Shown here piece by piece: positions 1-14,083 of a stretch of 64,000 bases of DNA. The stretch spans positions 19,840,001 through 19,904,000 of the forward strand of contig NC_043016.1 of assembly GCF_006345805.1 (NCBI RefSeq), given 5' to 3'. The DNA comes from Octopus sinensis. Lineage: Eukaryota. The stretch's first letter is position 1. The number at the start of each line of letters is the position of its first letter. The translations under genes and the position numbers were made by a program. The notes below the pieces were generated by a model that made no database searches, had not been told where the DNA came from, and was given only the letters and a program-made list of their open reading frames with translations.

Positions 1-205
1 TGAAAACGAGGTAATTTCTACTCTTCTCCTCTGGAAGCCATCTGCTCGCAATACCAGAGGGCGCACACTCTCCTACCCTGATGTAATCTCCAGGGATACA
101 GGCATCCAGCAACAGGACCTCCGTAATGTTATAATGGACCGTGAGGTCTGGCATAACATAGTAAATTCCAATGTCTCGACCACGGTCGAACAATGATGAT
201 GATGA
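1..205 (+). mobile_element. RTE-type LINE 3' end (truncated), (GAT)n tail
   Basis: Encodes LLLWKPSARNTRGRTLSYPDVISRDTGIQQQDLRN..DREVW..VSTTVEQ*; near-identical copy at 7022-7205. Confidence 0.7.
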
Positions 206-943
206 CTATCTCAGAAGAGGAAAGTCACATTAGATATGATGTGATGTAGTCTGAAATATTATTGTTGCTTTCTGTCCTCTTTTTCACTCATTATTATTAA
301 GTTAGTGCATGCTAATTCAAGTAGCAGGAATTTTATCTTGAGGTTTGGTGATGAGTTTCCCCAAATCTCAAGAATTTTTCTTAGGATTCCTGCACAATAT
401 AGGGTGGTACTTTTCTGCAGGCTGACAATGCAAATCCTTAAGACAAGCGAGTTGGTAGAATTATTAGCACGCTGAGCAAAATGCTTAACAGGATTTCATG
501 TTTTTACATTGTGGGTTCAAATTCCGGTGAGGTTGACTTTGCCTTATATCCTCAAGGTTGATAAAATAAGTACCAGTTGAGAACTGGGGTCGATGTAATC
601 AACTAGTCCCCTTCCCTGAAATTTCAGGCCTTGTGCCTACAGTAGAAAAGATTATTATTAGTAGTAGTATGGGATTGTTGGAGAAAAAATAAGTGAATTA
701 GAAATGCTGCCTATATGAGACAGTAGTGTGGTGGTGGTGGGGGGAGATATGGCTGCTATTTTTGGGGCTACAAGAAATAATACCCAGATTTCCCTCATAT
801 TCACCTCCATTCACCCCACTTCTAAAGTCTTAAATGCAAAGGATTCAGAAGGAACATCTTGGGTTATGGGATTACTACTCAATAATGCATGACCTGAAGC
901 CAAATAACAACCTGCTTCTACCTTTTTTCTCTACACATAAATT

Positions 944-994
<51 letters not shown>

Positions 995-2740
995 ATATAT
1001 ATGTATATAGGCTCAGGTATGACTGTGATTAAGTGGTTAAGAAGCTTGCCTCCTAATCACTATGCTGTAAATGGACAACCATCTTCTATTGTAGCCCCAT
1101 ATCAGTCTTGTGTGTGGCTTTGGTAGACGACAAGTGATAAAAGCCTGTCTCATATATGCGTGCACACGTGTGTGTGACCTTGTCTTGACATTGTATGATG
1201 GTTGCAAATAAGCGTCATTTGTTTCAAATCATTTGCTTGGAACCAAGTGTAGGTTGGTGAGGGGAGGGCCATAGAAAATTTTCCCCAGTGAATTCCATTA
1301 GATCCATGCAAACATGGAAAAGTGGATGTTAAAACTGATTGTATATAAATTTAGGTGTATCTGTGTACATACATATATATATATATATATATATTTATAC
1401 ATATATATGCTTGTTTTACAAGTACATTTCAATGTTAATCTTAGTGATGTTGGAGTGGATGAACATTTGAATGTGTTTTCATGGTTGAAATCCTTCCAGA
1501 ACTGCCAACCTGTTTGAGTGTGAAGTGGGGGGAGAGCTTGTTTTGTTACTGTACTTGATTTAAGGAAAAGCTATGTTAGTTTGTTGTTTATCTCCTGATC
1601 AATCTATACTGAGCAGCTAAAGCTAAAATCAAAGGCATTCCAGCCATGAACCTTTATTTTTCTAGAACATTACATGATGAGTTTTTTTGGGTTTTTTTTA
1701 AAGATTCAGGGAAGACTTAGCTGTCTTTTCTTTCAGGTTGAGTGACCATATAGAGTAGCCCTGAGCAAACAGCAGCCTGCAGACTTTCTGAATATGGCAC
1801 ACCACTGAAAAATTACCTTGAATTTCTTTAGGAGTGCAGCTTACCTTATTCATGTGCCATACCTCATGCAGCCTGCTTCTCAAAAATGGTTGCCCATGCC
1901 TGATACAGGTTTTCCTTCGTTGACTTGTTTATGTTGTTGGTTAGCTTCAGATCAGCTCAGATAGAGCTGGCAGGCTTATGATAAGAGATCATTCCAACCA
2001 TGACCATCATCTGGAATAAGTCTAGTGCCCAAAACTGCATTATTCTTTTATTTTCTTTGTTATTGGGTTGGTCCTGGAAGAAGGTGCTGTGCCTTTGGCC
2101 TTTATTAGGCTCTCAGTACTGGCAAGATTGACATAGTAAATGTTCATCTTGGACAGTTGCATGTGGGTGGCTCAGGCACCATGTACAGAGAGGAAACGCT
2201 ACAAGACCAATATTCTAGAAAGGAAGGACTGAGAATTGTGATAATGTAGGATCTGGAGGTAGTGGACACAGTATGAATGGCTAGAAGAAGCGAAACTAAA
2301 AACTCAGGACTTGAGTGTAGGTGACATGAGACCAATCGGCACTAAAGAGCAAAGGCCATTATGGTAGCTGTAGAAAAGGCAGAGAAACAATATGGTAAAA
2401 TTGAGAGATATTTGAGAATTGTTTCTAGTAAATTAACCATATAAAGGCTCCTCTTGTTGCTTTATTTCTGTATCTGCCTCATGCAGTAAAGACATATAGC
2501 TCTGGGTCAATAAGTCCACCATTTTTCTCTTGATATCTGCTATGTCAGTGTTTTTACTGTGCCATGTTAATTAAAAACTTATCTTTTGTGGGGGAAAGAA
2601 ATTACAATGTGCTGAAAAATTAGTCTTAGAAGATGGCAAGGGAAGAATGTCAGAGTAGGAAGGACAATACTTATATCTTTTTTTTCGCAAGGCCTCTAAG
2701 ACTGGTTGGAGAAGGCCAGAAAGAAACAAAAAAAAAGAGA

Positions 2741-3138
2741 CTCTCTTTTACTTGTTTCAGTCATTTGACTGCGGCCATGCTGGAGCACCGCCTTTAGTTG
2801 AGCAACTCGACCCCGGGACTTATTCTTTGTAAGCCCAGTACTTATTCTATCGGTCTGTTTTGCCGAACTGCTAAGTGACGGGGACATAAACACACCAGCA
2901 TCGGTTGTCAAGCAATGCTAGGGGGACAGACACAGACACACAAACACACACGCACACATATATATACATATATACAACGGGCTTCTTTCAGTTTCCATCT
3001 ACCAAATCCACTCACAAGGCTTTGGTCGGCCCGAGGCTATAGTAGAAGACACTTGCCCAACGTGCCACACAGTGGGACTGAACCCGGAACCATGTAGTTG
3101 GTAAGCAAGCTACTTACCACACAGCTACTCCTACACCT
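2741..3138 (-). mobile_element. tRNA-derived SINE, family A (about 400 bp)
   Basis: Head with A-box/B-box-like motifs (tggctgtgtggtaag...ggttcagtccc on -), internal TA/TG microsatellite, A-rich tail; many copies in window. Confidence 0.85.
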
Positions 3139-4056
3139 AATGAGTTTTACTTTGTTATATAGGTACAAGAACACAAATTCATAAGAGAAATGCATAGCTG
3201 ACAGGATTAATCCTTTACCTGTTACTTCTATTAATTCTAGAAGGATGAAAAGCAAAGTTGTTGTCCCTCTACAAAAATAAGGGACATCTGGCAAGCTCTT
3301 GTTGGTTTTTTTTTGGGGGGGGGGTTATTTGGGGTTTTTTTTTAGCAAATCAATCAATGATGTAGAGGATTTTTTCATAGAGAAAACCCCTACATCATTG
3401 CTATTGCTAGATTTCATGACTACTATTTTTTTTTTTTTTAATCACACCCTCCCATTTTAAAAGCAATAGGATGCATAGGATAATATGGCAATCAATATAC
3501 TATACCTAGAAAAATGACAGGATGGTCATAACTGGAACTTCTTTGCTCATAGTTCTGCATGATGTGGTGGTGGTAGGGTGGGGTGGGGTGAGGAGATGGG
3601 TAAAATTAATAACATGATTTGAATACGGAAATGTATGAGGACATAACTATACGCTTGTGAAGCATTGAGTCCAAAATTCTGCTGAGTTCACAGTTTGACA
3701 ACCCCCCACCACCTTCACATTAAAACTTATATAAAATACCACATACCCATACATACACTTCCTAGATTTGAATTCAATTTAATAGCGGAATTTAAGTAAT
3801 TTATTTTGTGTACAGTGCACTATGTTTAGTGGTTGTAAATAAAAACTGGACATCTATTATTCAAATAACATTGAAACAGAACAATTCCTTGTGTCATATG
3901 TAGCAAGAAAACTAAAATAACTTATTAATTGCCTTTGTTAACAAAAAAAAATTTTTTTTTTTTTTATTTGTGATTTCATTATGCTCTATTGCCTTTGATA
4001 TGAGATTTTGGTAGATATGAGTTTCTGAGAATTTCATTCATATACATATGTGTATA

Positions 4057-4100
<44 letters not shown>

Positions 4101-4330
4101 GTATGTATATGTATCATCTCCACACATGTGCGTGGTTTGAGTATATGTACAATTATGTATGTGTATATGTATACACATACATAAAAGATTTACAAACATG
4201 CCACATTTATATGCATACACACTCATGAACATATACCACCACTCACATTTTTATACGCGCACTCACACAAACTCACATTTATATACATTTACACACACAA
4301 GTACACATAGAATATATATATGTATGTATG

Positions 4331-4391
<61 letters not shown>

Positions 4392-6295
4392 TATTCACCA
4401 ATATGATGACTGTTGAACCATTAAGGTTAGATGTTAAGACGAGATAAAAGTGTGAAACTGTATGAACAATTAATTTCGACCAAACTCCATCATACATAGT
4501 TTTAAGTTGTCTCGTTTGTATCACTGTCAAGAGTGGATACTATCGGAAGGAAAGCCTAACGGTGGTTAGAGTGATGATGTAGCAACAACCATAACAACAG
4601 GTAGGGTGAAATATTTATTGGAAGAAACGACATAAACCTGACACTGACATGTAGCTTACTCGTATTTTTTTTGCTGTAGTATTAATCCTTACTACTTTTT
4701 ATCATTCTCTCTCAGTTTCACACATTAGACTGTGGCCATGCTGGGGGCACCACCTTGAAGGATTTAGTTGAACAATCAACCCCCAGTACACTTTTTTTTT
4801 TTTTTTTTTTTTTCAAGTTTCATGAATATTAGATCTAGACAACTATCTGTCTATCTGCACGTGTGTGTGTGTGTGTGTGAATATGTATGTGTCATTGCAT
4901 GTATGCGTGTGTGTGTGTCCATCCTATCTTTTCAACCCTTAGAACATTCTCTTGTCCTCTGACCCCCAATGTTTGTTTTGTCTGTCCTCGTATTGTCCCT
5001 TCTTTTTCTCAACCTTATGGTGAATAAAGAAATTCTCTCTCTCTCTCTTAGAAACAGCATCTAGATTTCACCCAGATTAAAACTAGAATCTAAACACATA
5101 TACTAAACATGTAATATTTTTTAGGTTTATTTCAATTTAAATACTAGAATATTTTGTTTTTGTATAAGAATGTGTGGGTGGTGTTTGCTTTTCAACATTT
5201 CTATATTTTTTTCATTTTCCATATTCTTTACCATATAGAATTCTATGCTGAAAAAACATCCTACATAAAATTTAGAAAATTGATTCCAATTTCTCTGAGA
5301 AATGATACACTTAATAATCTTTCAGTAATGTTATTTACTTAGTATATATTTGAAGATCTTACTAATTGGAACTAAAAAAAATAAAATATATCAAATTTGG
5401 AATATCATTCTCTGCTAATATTTCCCTATATAAACCCATATTAGACATTGTAAACAGCCATTTAGAAACTGAAAAATTTAATATCACTTTATATATCAAA
5501 TTTATGTTTTTATGGTTTATCTTCTTTCGTTCAGATATATTTAACTCCCCAACCAACCTCCACTCTCCTGTTGAAATTCTTACATTTCTCAACATTATTA
5601 CAAAATTCTTTCTTCATCACTTATTCCACTTCTCATTTCGATTTCCACCTCTCTAAATACTCATAGAAATAGCAGTCAAATCTTCCCTCCCTCGAATAAT
5701 ACACACTTCTGTCTTAGTAAAGTGAAGGTCATATAAGGTAATAGAGTTCTGTTTAATGATTAAAAATATTGTCACCTTTGATATGGCAGGAAACTCCTGC
5801 ATCCTGTAAAAATTCCATGGTTTCTAAAATTCACCAGTTCTACTTCTCATATACCTATGACACATTTCCTCTTTATGACTTTTTTACCAGTTACATTTCT
5901 CTCTCTTTTTTGTGTGTGTGTTTTATTCTGTGTACTTTGACGACCATTACTGTCATTCTTTACTTGTCTTGACACTGCTTTCTGTCCTGTTTTTTTTTTT
6001 TTTTTTACTCTTTCGCTGATGAATTGTAGCACACCTCAGCACTGTATACAATGTTTGTTGTTGCTGTTTTTGTTATTCTTCTTACTTTTATTTATTAAGG
6101 TGGTGAGCTGGCAGAGTTGTTAGGATGCCAGACAGAATAATGCTTTGTGGCATTTCTTCCAGCTTTACATTCTGAGTTCAAATGCCACCAAGGTCAACTA
6201 TATGTTTCATCTTTTTGGAGTCAATAAAATAAAATAAGTAACCCTCCCCCCCCCCCCCAAAAAAAAAAAAACATTTCAGGCCTTGTACCTACTGG

Positions 6296-6335
<40 letters not shown>

Positions 6336-7021
6336 AGGTGGCAAGCTGGAGAAATGTTAGCATGCCAGACGAAATGTTTTGTTACATTTCTTCCAGATTT
6401 ATGTTCAGGATCCAAATTTTGCCAAAGTCAGCATTCCCTTTCATCATCCTTTCAGAGTTGATAAAATAAGTACCAGTCAAGCACTGGGTTATCAACATAA
6501 TTGATTAAAACTCTCTACCCACAAAATTTCCTTCTTGTGCCTTTAGTAGACAGAATCATCCATCATCATCATCATCATTATCAACAGCAACAACAAGGTG
6601 ACTAGTTGACAAAATTGTCTCTGTGCTGAACAAAATACTTTGCAGCATTTCTCCTTACTTTTTTTTTTGAGTTCAAATGCTTCTGGGATCAGTATTGCCA
6701 TCAATCCTTTCAGGATCAATGAGCACTGGGACCAGTGCAATTGATTATCCCCCTCCCTCAAATTTCTGCTACAGCAGATAAATGTTATTGTTGTTGTTGT
6801 TGTTGATATTGTTATACACATTTAGGGTAGCAAGCTGGCAGAATTCTTAGCATGCTGGACAAAATGTTTAATGGTATTTCATCCCTCTATACATTCTGAG
6901 TTCAAATTCTGCTGGGGTTGCTTTGCCTTTCATCCTTTCAGGGTCGATAAAATAGGTAACCAGTTGAACACTCCTAAACTTTATGGCCTTGGACCAAAAT
7001 TTGAAATTAGTATTGTTTAGT

Positions 7022-7205
7022 ATTCTCCTCTGGAAGCCATCTACTCGCAATACCAGAGGGCGCACACTCTCCTACCCTGATGTAATCTCCAGGAATACAG
7101 GCATCCAGCAACAGGACCTCCGTAATGCCATGATGGACCGTGAAGTCTGGCGTAGCATGGTAAATTCCATTGTCTCGACCACGGTCGAACAATGATGATG
7201 ATGAT
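7022..7205 (+). mobile_element. RTE-type LINE 3' end, second copy
   Basis: Closely matches 1-205 and ends in (GAT)n. Confidence 0.7.
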
Positions 7206-8659
7206 TGTTTAAAAGGATATATATATAAATGCACTCATACACATATATGTACATTTACATGGATATCGTCATCATTAACAGCAATTTAACAATTCATTTT
7301 TCCATGCTTCAATAGGTTTGACAGAGTTAACTGAGATAGATTTTCTATGACTGAACGTTCTTCTTCTTATCAACACTTACTTGTTTCCAAGCAAGTCATA
7401 TTTCCCCTAAGGCCATATATGTTTCTGCAGAATATTGGAAATGAATTTCATTCAATTACAACAATCATGTAATGCTAAAACAAGGAGACACAAACATAAT
7501 CTCTCACACACACATATCATCATCATCATCTTCATCATCATCTTCATCATCATCATCTTCATCATCATCATCATCATCATTTAACATTTATATTCATGTT
7601 CTATGCTGTCATTGGTTGGACCATTTGACAAAAATCCAATGAGTCCAAGGTCTGCACCATACACCAGTGTCTGCTTTGGCATGCTTTCTTCAACTGGGTG
7701 TCCTTCCTAATGCCAACTACTTTATAGCATGTACTGGGTGCTTTTTATCATGTTGTCAGCACTAGTGGGGTTACTGTGTGGTTCACAACACTACAAGACC
7801 TGAGGCAGTAGGCAGGCTTTATGTTAGGAGATGAGGGGGTGAAAGAATGAGGGAAAGGGGAAGGCAGAACGGGTTCTTGTTGTAGAGGAGTATATGGCTA
7901 GAGACATTTAAAGAGAGGGCAGGAATGATCAGTCGGAGCTGCAAAGAGATAAATAGGGGTGATGAGGTGGTGTGCTGGTAGCACCTCAAGGTACAAGATG
8001 AGTGAGTGGAGACAGAGAAGCCAGGAGTGTATGGGGAAATGGGAGGAGAGTGGGCAACAACTACAAAAGTTGGATAGGGTTGAAAGGGTGGATGTAATGG
8101 AGTGATGGACGAGAGGGCGGGGATCCAGTGACGCATGAGTTGGGGAAGGTGGAGGGGTGCAGAAGAGAGTTGGGGAGGGAAAGCAGCTGCAGGATAGTAA
8201 TGCGGTTTGGTAGGCTGCAGGAGCAAGGGTGAGAGAAGAGAGAGATAGATGTAATACATGAGAAGAGATAATTTGGTGATTCAGTGGAGTTTTGGGAGAA
8301 TGATCACTGTAACATATGAGTAGAGAGAAAAATATTAATGGATGATGAAGGCTAACGAATGAAATGGTTTCAGGTATCATGTAAAACAATAAAATGGCAT
8401 CAACAGAGAGCTGCAGTGATGAATAGAAAGAATGATATATAAACTTTTACAAAGAAAAGGTTGACAGTGGCTTCAAAGTTTCAGCTTGCTTAACGAGCTT
8501 CTTTTATTTTCCATCTCCCAATCCACTCTCAAAGCTTTGATCAGCCCAGAACTATGATAAAAGTTTATTACCCCAGGTCCACAGGTGCCATATATAGTTG
8601 GACTGAACCTGAAACCACATGGTTGGGAAGCAAACTTCTTAACCACACTGCCAGACCTA

Positions 8660-8665
8660 TGTGTG

Positions 8666-8704
<39 letters not shown>

Positions 8705-9030
8705 TTATATATATATGTATTTATATATATATGTTTTATATATATATGTATTTATATATATATGTATTTATATATATATGTATTATATATATATGTATTT
8801 ATATATATATGTATTTAATATATATGTATTTATATATATATGTATTTATATATATATGTATATATATATATATGTATTTATATATATATGTATATATATA
8901 TATATGTATATATATATGTATTTATATATATATGTATATATATATATGTTTATATATATATATGTATATATATATGTATTATATATATATGTATATATAT
9001 ATGTATATATATATATATATATATAATTAT
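8660..9030. repeat. Long compound (TA)n minisatellite (tatatatatgtatt-like units)
   Basis: Directly visible; many shorter (TA)n, (CA)n, (GA)n, (CAT)n and (TAA)n tracts occur throughout the window. Confidence 0.95.
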
Positions 9031-9277
9031 ATACACACACACACATTTGAATGTGTGTGTATATAAATGGGTGTTGTACAGTTTCCATGTGCCAGATTCA
9101 TTTGCGAGACATTGGTCAGCCCAGAGCTATTAGTACAAAGACACTTGCCTATTATGCAGTGGAAGTGAACCCGAAATCACCAGACTGCATGGTTTCAAAG
9201 CAAACTCCTTAACCACACAGCTACACCTGTAAATATGTAGAATTTTGATCAGAGACAACCTTAAAAAATTATGCAGC

Positions 9278-9497
9278 ATGAATACCTATTTCTTTACTAC
9301 CCACAAGGAGCTAAACACAGAGGGGACAGACAAACGGATCAAGTCGATTACATCGATCCCAGTGCGTAACTGGTACTTAATTTATCGACCCCGAAAGGAT
9401 GAAAGGCAAAGTCAACCTCGGTGGAATTTGAACTCAGAACGTTACGGCTACGCATTTCGCCCGGCATGCTAACGTTTCTGCCAGCTTGCCGCCTTAA
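9278..9497 (-). mobile_element. SINE family B
   Basis: Reverse-complement match to 30412-30648. Confidence 0.85.
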
Positions 9498-10077
9498 TAC
9501 CATCATGCAGCATGAATACCATCAAAACATATTCTCATTAGGGTTCTTACATAATAAAAAGGAAGCTGGATCTAATAGGTGGATTTTGTTAGGGGGTGCA
9601 TAAAGAACCAGCAAGTTAAAATGGGTAGAGTAATGTAGTATGGCAACGGGATTAGAAGGGTTTGGAATGATAAATCTTCAATACACCTGCAGATTAATGT
9701 AATCAGTATTTCAGAGCTTTAAAAGAAAATTTTATATTCTATGAGAACTCATAAATTTTTTAAATAATTTTCATGCTAAGCATATGTTACTGTTCAGTAG
9801 TTGTATTTATTATATTAAAATCAACTAAAACCAATTTGATGCTAACTGAAATTTTAATTGAATGACTATCGTTAAGATAAAGTGGCACGAGCCGGATTTT
9901 ATATAGTTAAAATAATTTACAATATACATGTATGTTATATATGTATGTATACTGTTGATAATTTTTCTGAGATAAGTGATAAACATAAATGTTTTTAGGT
10001 GTGGCTGGTTTTTCTGCTACTGATTGTGAGCACTTGACAGATTTATTTATAATAATGTTTCAACAAACTTTTATTAT

Positions 10078-10146
<69 letters not shown>

Positions 10147-11326
10147 CACACATACATACACACACACAACAACACACATACATATATTTTAATATATAAT
10201 ACTACACACACATATATATATATATATATTGAGAGATATAGATTAGATAGATAGATGTATGTGCATGTATGTATATATAAGCATGTAGGTACATACAGAC
10301 CTGATGAAAATGTTTTGAAAGTACTCTTGCTGCATAATTTATATTTTTTGAAAGCTATCTCTGATAAATTATGTTTTCATATTTACACTTCTTCCTTATA
10401 TCCTCAAGATGTGTTGGAAAAGCATCATCTACAGTCTTCTTTTCCAAAATATCTTGAACTTGTGAAAAAAGAAACTGTTTTGTATTTCATTTGGTTGTCA
10501 GAAAATTCCTACTTAGATTATCTTTTCGTTTTCTTTTGCTTTTATTATGCATCTAAAAAAAAAAAAGTAGCTGATTTTATCCATAAATTTATTCCAAATT
10601 ATTTTGGAAAGTTATTTGTTTGGTTATCCCTTCAATTCCAGTGGATCTTTAATATTACCAAGATGTTCTTGCATAGCAAGTGTCTTGATCTGAGATCGTG
10701 TGCTGAAACAAAAATAATTGCAATGTGGAAGGTGTTTATAAGCCACTTAAAAACACACAAACATTGTTAGATTCACTTCAACATTTAAATTTAATTTGCC
10801 AAAATATTTTCATCACTATGAGACCATGACCACGTTCACTGACAATATTACCATTACTGTGAAAATGTACCTGGAATGTGCATATTTATATATGTACTTG
10901 AGTGTTACTCTTACATGGGATGGGTTCTGTTCCACTGTGTTACACCTTAGTCAAGTGTCTTCTACTATTGGTCTGAGCTGACCAAAGCCTTGTGAATGGA
11001 TTTGATGCATAGAAATTGAAAAAATCCCATTGTAGATGTATGTTGTATATATATGTGTGTGTTTGTATTCCTTTGTTTTAACTTCATGCATTAGTTGTAA
11101 ATGAGCATCCCATCATACAAGTAGTGATGTTAGTTGCCAGTCTTCCATGGATATATCCCAGTCATGGGGGAAAACTACCTTGCTTGGAAACAGGTGAAGG
11201 TTGGTGACAGGAAAGGCATTTGGTTGTAGAAAATCAGCCTCTATGAATTCCTTCTGACCCATGCAAGCATGCTACCCTGCACTTTCACACGTGCTACCTT
11301 CAATTTGTTTCAAGATGATCCAAGTA

Positions 11327-11875
11327 CAAGGGTGAGTCAAAAAGTAATGCCATTTTGTTTAGGACAGGTATAATTACCAACAAAGGAACATGTATCATAC
11401 ATCAAAATGAAGCTGGTCCTTTGTGGATCACATCCCTACTTCTCAACGTAGTCACTGTTTCTCTCAATAGCAGTGTTGCACCTTCGAATGAGAGCATGTA
11501 TCCCTGTCCCGTAAAATTCTGTTGACTGTTCTTTGAGCCACTTCTTCATTACAGTTTTCACTTCCTCGTCACTGGACTATCATCTCTTTGGCCCCATGAA
11601 AGAGGGTTTGAGAGGCTAACACTATTCCAGTGACGAGGAAATGAAAACTGTAGTGGAGAAGTGGCTCAAAGAACAGTCAACAGAATTTTACGGGGCAGGG
11701 ATACATGCTCTCATTCGAAAGTGGAACATTGCTATTGAAAGAAACGGTGACTATGTTGAGAAATAGGGATATGATCTACAGAGGACCAGCTTCATTTTAA
11801 TGTATGATACATGTTCCTGTGTTGGTAATTATACCTGTCCTAAACAAAATGGCATTACTTTTTGACTCACCTTCG
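11327..11875. mobile_element. Mariner-derived foldback MITE, 250-bp inverted arms, TA TSD
   Basis: TA at 11325-26 and 11876-77; arms 11327-11576 and 11626-11875. Loop plus right arm encode the mariner C-terminus DYHLFGPMKEGLRG*HYSSDEEMKTVVEKWLKEQSTEFYGAGIHALIRKWNIAIERNGDYVEK*. Confidence 0.92.
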
Positions 11876-12589
11876 TATATAATATTGATAAACCTCAATA
11901 ATAGCAAAATATCAGTATCTATCATTCTCAATGATTCCATGGCAAGTTGTCTAGCCTATTCTGTAACATTCAGGTATCCTTTAACCCTTGGTGTGTATAG
12001 GGATCTATCCCAGATGCTATCTCACAGACAGTTCAGCATATGAACAAAGCATTTACATTGTGTGTGCGATTGATGATGTTCATGTGTTTGTATGAGGGAG
12101 TCATATTTCCCTCATCTTCACTGACTGTAAACAACCATTTAGGCAGTGTCCTTTGCTTGCAGTCAATCATAAAAGCATATCTGGGCTTTTTTTAACATGT
12201 CTTGACAGACTGTCTGATCTTTATAAACCAAAGAATCCCTCAAGCAGTATTGTTTGTTTCCAGGCTATTTGTGGTATGATTGACTTGTAGCTTATTAGTG
12301 TTCTCGGAAACAAATGAGGGTTGGGGACAGGAAGAACAACTAGCCATAGAAAATATGCCTCGATGATTTCCATCTGACCCATGCAAGCATATTAAAGTGA
12401 GTGTTGAAATGATGACAATGATGATGATGTTTTGTATAAAGGGGATTTGGTTGATATTTCTAGCAGGTTAAGTGAATACATCATAATTCAGCTCCCTTTT
12501 TTCTTGGGGGGGGGGTGTTCATGCAGCATGGATAATTTGAAATTTAGATGATAGTGCTGAAAATCAATATTCATTGATTCTCTTAGAAC

Positions 12590-12980
12590 ATTGGTAGATG
12601 GTTAAGCATACTTCTCAACCTTGTGGTCTTAGATCCAATCCTACTGCATGGCACCTTGGGCAAGTATCTTCTACTGTAGTTCCAGGTTGACCAAAGCCTT
12701 GTGACTGGATTTGATAGACACGAATTGAACGAATCCCATCATGTTTGTGTATACAGTTGTCTGGACCTCAAGTGATGGTTGTAAATGAGCATCATTGTTT
12801 TACAAGCAAGGTTGTTTGTTTACAGTCTTACATGAAAAAGTCTGTCTGGCCATTGGAGATATTACGTTGCTTGGAAAGAGGTGAAGACTGGTGACAAGAA
12901 AAGTATCTGACCATAGAAACTCTGGTTCGAAAATTTCTGTCTGACCCATGCAAGCATAGGAAATTGGATGTCAATGATGT
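12590..12980 (+). mobile_element. SINE with family-A-like head and RTE-like tail (degenerate)
   Basis: Head ggcaccttgggcaag...ccaaagccttgtg; tail ...ctgacccatgcaagcat..tggatgt..atgatg. Relatives near 1010-1335, 10890-11270, 35085-35470, 42505-42750. Confidence 0.6.
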
Positions 12981-13576
12981 ATTTAGGGAATGACTTAATG
13001 AGATGAAAATATCAAGTTACAGTATTACAGCTGTTCAGATCCTCCAAGTCAGTGGAGAACTAATCAGATAATTTGAAGTTCTCATCTTAAAATGTTCTAG
13101 TTCTAAATACTAGCATAAAATAAGATAAATTTCGTTTTTTGGATTTGGTTTGCAAGGTTCTTTATATGAGTTCGTGTAGAATGAAATAAATTCTTTATTT
13201 CTTTAAAATGGAAAAAAAAAAAACCCTAGTCATGATATTGAGCTGTTCTGCCTTAGTACCATATGAAATTTGATATCTGCTTGTCTGCTTGCCGTCTTAG
13301 AATTTAAATAATTTGTGTGTGTGTTTATGTTTGTGTTTAATATTTGTTTGTTGGTTGTATAGGACTTGAAACTTTCCTTGATTACATCCTGAGTTACTTA
13401 GTTAAAGATTTCACAAGCATGTCAGTATTTTTGTCAGATCTCAAAGGACATGTTTTTGATACTTTACCTCACCCCAGTGACAGGTGGCAGGATTTGAACT
13501 TGGAACACAGAGATCCAAAGCAAATACTACAAGATGTTCTGTCAGATGCGTTAACATCTCTGCCTGTTCCTTACCA

Positions 13577-13610
<34 letters not shown>

Positions 13611-14050
13611 CCCTCTCTCTTGTATTTATGTGCTGTTGAAAGACAAGACTAGCATGACCATCACCGAAAATGCTGTCAAGGTCTTCATTCATGCAATAAG
13701 TGTAGGTTGGCCTGTGGTGTGTGTGTGTGTGTGTATAGCTTTCATGTAGATGATGAATGGTTGGGATATGTCAGTGAGGAATGACAGGCCATATTTCCAC
13801 AAACATGGAAATGATATAATCATTATCATCACCATTTAACATTCAATTTTCCATGCTCGCATGGATCAGACAGAATTTGTTGCAGCAAATTTTCTACGAC
13901 CAGATGTGCTGCTTTCAGTTTCTGTCTATCAGTTCCCCTTATAAGCTTTTGGTTATAAAGGTGCAACAAGGTGAGACTGAATCCAAGGCCACATGATTGG
14001 GAAGCAAGCTTCTCCCTCACCCTGCATAAGAGTGAGCATTGTATTAATTG

Positions 14051-14083
<33 letters not shown>

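Noticed and set aside
2696-3097. Recurrent ORFs such as RLWSARGYSRRHLPKVP and MSPSLSGSAKETDRIST
   Set aside because: Chance reading frames of SINE family A, repeated wherever the SINE occurs.
7819-8389. Two overlapping 146-163 aa minus-strand ORFs
   Set aside because: They arise from a purine/pyrimidine-skewed repeat related to 23400-23720; low-complexity translation.
8554-9133. Long ORFs rich in Y/I/C/M (also near 4038-4530, 9989-10192, 38548-38772)
   Set aside because: Translations of (TA)n and (CA)n microsatellites.
10255-10770. 171-aa ORF
   Set aside because: AT-rich composition, no recognisable domain and no convincing splice sites.
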